A DNA stretch of 36,585 nucleotides from an uncultured Oligoflexus sp. (GTDB taxonomy: Bacteria; Bdellovibrionota_B; Oligoflexia; Oligoflexales; Oligoflexaceae): the NCBI GenBank assembly GCA_964236955.1, contig CAXSGP010000045.1, forward strand, positions 1 to 36,585, written 5' to 3'. Positions 35,333-36,585 of the stretch are shown here, piece by piece. The notes below the pieces were generated by a model. That model had not been told where the DNA came from. It made no database searches and saw only the letters and a list, made by a program, of their open reading frames with translations. Position numbers and translations under genes: made by a program. The first letter of the stretch is position 1. Each line of letters begins with the position of its first letter.

Positions 35333-36584
35333 TTACGTCGCTCTTCGCTTCTAGGGATGAACTTTGCGTATTCTGCAATTGGCGCTGTATATAGAGATCG
35401 CCGGTCATAACGCCGTTTGCTAATAGGAAATGATCGTTTTCATCGGCACCCCCTTCGAGTTCAAAATTCCAAACAATTGGGAAATCCTTGCCTAAATCTG
35501 TCTCTTGAAGAGTGATGGTTTGGATACGAAGGGTCGTTCCATTGCTTATTATCTCATCGTCAGCCTTGAGTTGCCTAGCCGGCTTCAATCCGCTTGGAGT
35601 AAGAAAGGGATGTTCGCTTGTCACTTTTATAATATTGTCATTTATAACGAGGACAATCAAAGGATCTTTTTCCGGACCCGCTATGACCCGCGCGACGCGT
35701 TGATTTTTGAGAGATTTGGGGTTCCAGAGAAAATCCCCTCTTCGAATCTCCGAGGCTATCCTATCCTGTCCGTCGGCCATTCTTATAAGGGTGTTTTTTT
35801 CAAAGCAACCGCAGCCATCGCGGGTATCCACGACATTGCGTGAGCACTCAGGGGCAACGTAAACGACAAAAGTCTCCAGTTCCCAGAATGAGGGAACTCT
35901 ATTTGGATTTAGATCGGCACTGACAAGGTCCCAGGTGGAACCGGTGATTTGACCCCAGGAGCTTACGCCGACATCGGCAGCAATCGCGCCCGCCATCGAT
36001 TGGAAATTGGAACAGAGTGTGGCGCTATATCCTGTCTGATCGAGAAGTATTTGATTACCGCCCCCCCTTGCCGCTTCGAAGCTTGGATAGTCGGTTCCGC
36101 CGGCATTGGATTTGGTCATCGTAGCTATGACGTTATCCCCGGAAACCGCCACTTCGCGGGTAGTGGGGCATCGATCACTGCAGGATCCGCCCGCAGGACT
36201 TGGAGCCGGTGTGGAGGCGATGGGAGCCGCCGGGGCAGGCGCAGTGGATGGAGGGATGGCGGTAACCGTATCGTATTTCTCAAAATAAAAGGTCTGATCA
36301 AAACTCCGCGACGACTCGGTCCCGTCCACACGATAGATTTTTACAGAAATATCCATAGGCGCAGCTACGCCCGTTGGGACCAATGTAACGATCGGAACTG
36401 CCGGTGCCGGTGCCGGTGCCGGTGCCGGTGCTGGTGGCAGAGGGCTTGGACTGGGTGGTGCTAGATTGGGAGTGATAATGAATGTGCATTGGGGGGCCGA
36501 GAGCATCGACACATTATATCCTGAACTGGCAACGGGAGCGGCGACCGGAGGCGGAGGGGGGGCAACGACGGCCGTTATATCCTC
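35325..36584 (-). CDS. 5'-truncated multidomain protein with Pro-rich linkers and a C-terminal Hint (Hedgehog/intein-like) domain
   Basis: The frame is open to the window edge (EDITAVVAPPPPPVAAP... precedes the tracked ORF). Hint motifs G-CFEKNTLIRMADG, EIRRGD, VTSEHPF, VWNFEL, HFLLANGVMTGD (about 35397-35807). Confidence 0.88.
   Translation of the reverse strand, partial: EDITAVVAPPPPPVAAPVASSGYNVSMLSAPQCTFIITPNLAPPSPSPLPPAPAPAPAPAPAVPIVTLVPTGVAAPMDISVKIYRVDGTESSRSFDQTFYFEKYDTVTAIPPSTAPAPAAPIASTPAPSPAGGSCSDRCPTTREVAVSGDNVIATMTKSNAGGTDYPSFEAARGGGNQILLDQTGYSATLCSNFQSMAGAIAADVGVSSWGQITGSTWDLVSADLNPNRVPSFWELETFVVYVAPECSRNVVDTRDGCGCFEKNTLIRMADGQDRIASEIRRGDFLWNPKSLKNQRVARVIAGPEKDPLIVLVINDNIIKVTSEHPFLTPSGLKPARQLKADDEIISNGTTLRIQTITLQETDLGKDFPIVWNFELEGGADENDHFLLANGVMTGDLYIQRQLQNTQSSSLEAKSDVNE
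36399..36434. repeat. Coding hexamer repeat (TGCCGG)x5 plus TGCTGG, encoding a PAPAPA linker
   Basis: Read directly from the sequence; in frame within the Hint-domain gene. Confidence 0.9.
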
Positions 36585-36585
36585 A

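Noticed and set aside
35397..35807. Hint domain as a true mobile intein
   Set aside because: No C-terminal His-Asn plus nucleophile, no homing endonuclease, and it sits at the protein's end rather than inside a conserved host protein.

Overview
Chromosomal-looking region of roughly 50% GC (estimated by eye). I see no tRNA, rRNA, CRISPR array, transposase or phage gene. The gene content suggests a Bdellovibrionota/Oligoflexia-type or myxobacteria-like bacterium; this is inferred from family types and was not checked by search. The left half (1-18.2 kb) encodes exported enzymes and lipoproteins: a Streptomyces/Ymt-type phospholipase D, an M14 carboxypeptidase, a RoxA-like di-heme c lipoprotein, a TPP-II-like subtilase, a lipoprotein with an apparently dead metzincin motif, and a beta-barrel/lipoprotein/zinc-metalloprotease operon. 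The right half is mostly signalling: a PilZ-like gene plus a REC-TPR gene, a GNAT-VOC fusion, and two adjacent CheA-like kinases lacking CheW. These two share a PAS-like/HPt/HATPase output module but have unrelated inputs (pseudokinase-AAA-GAF versus 7TM-DISM), with an 8-bp tandem repeat between them. The window ends in a 5'-truncated, Pro-linker protein with a C-terminal Hedgehog-like Hint domain, coupled to a membrane-anchored partner gene. The best candidates for undescribed systems are the Hint protein/partner pair, the kinase pair, the three-gene outer-membrane protease operon, and two structured intergenic regions (18.7-18.9 kb and 21.4-21.6 kb).
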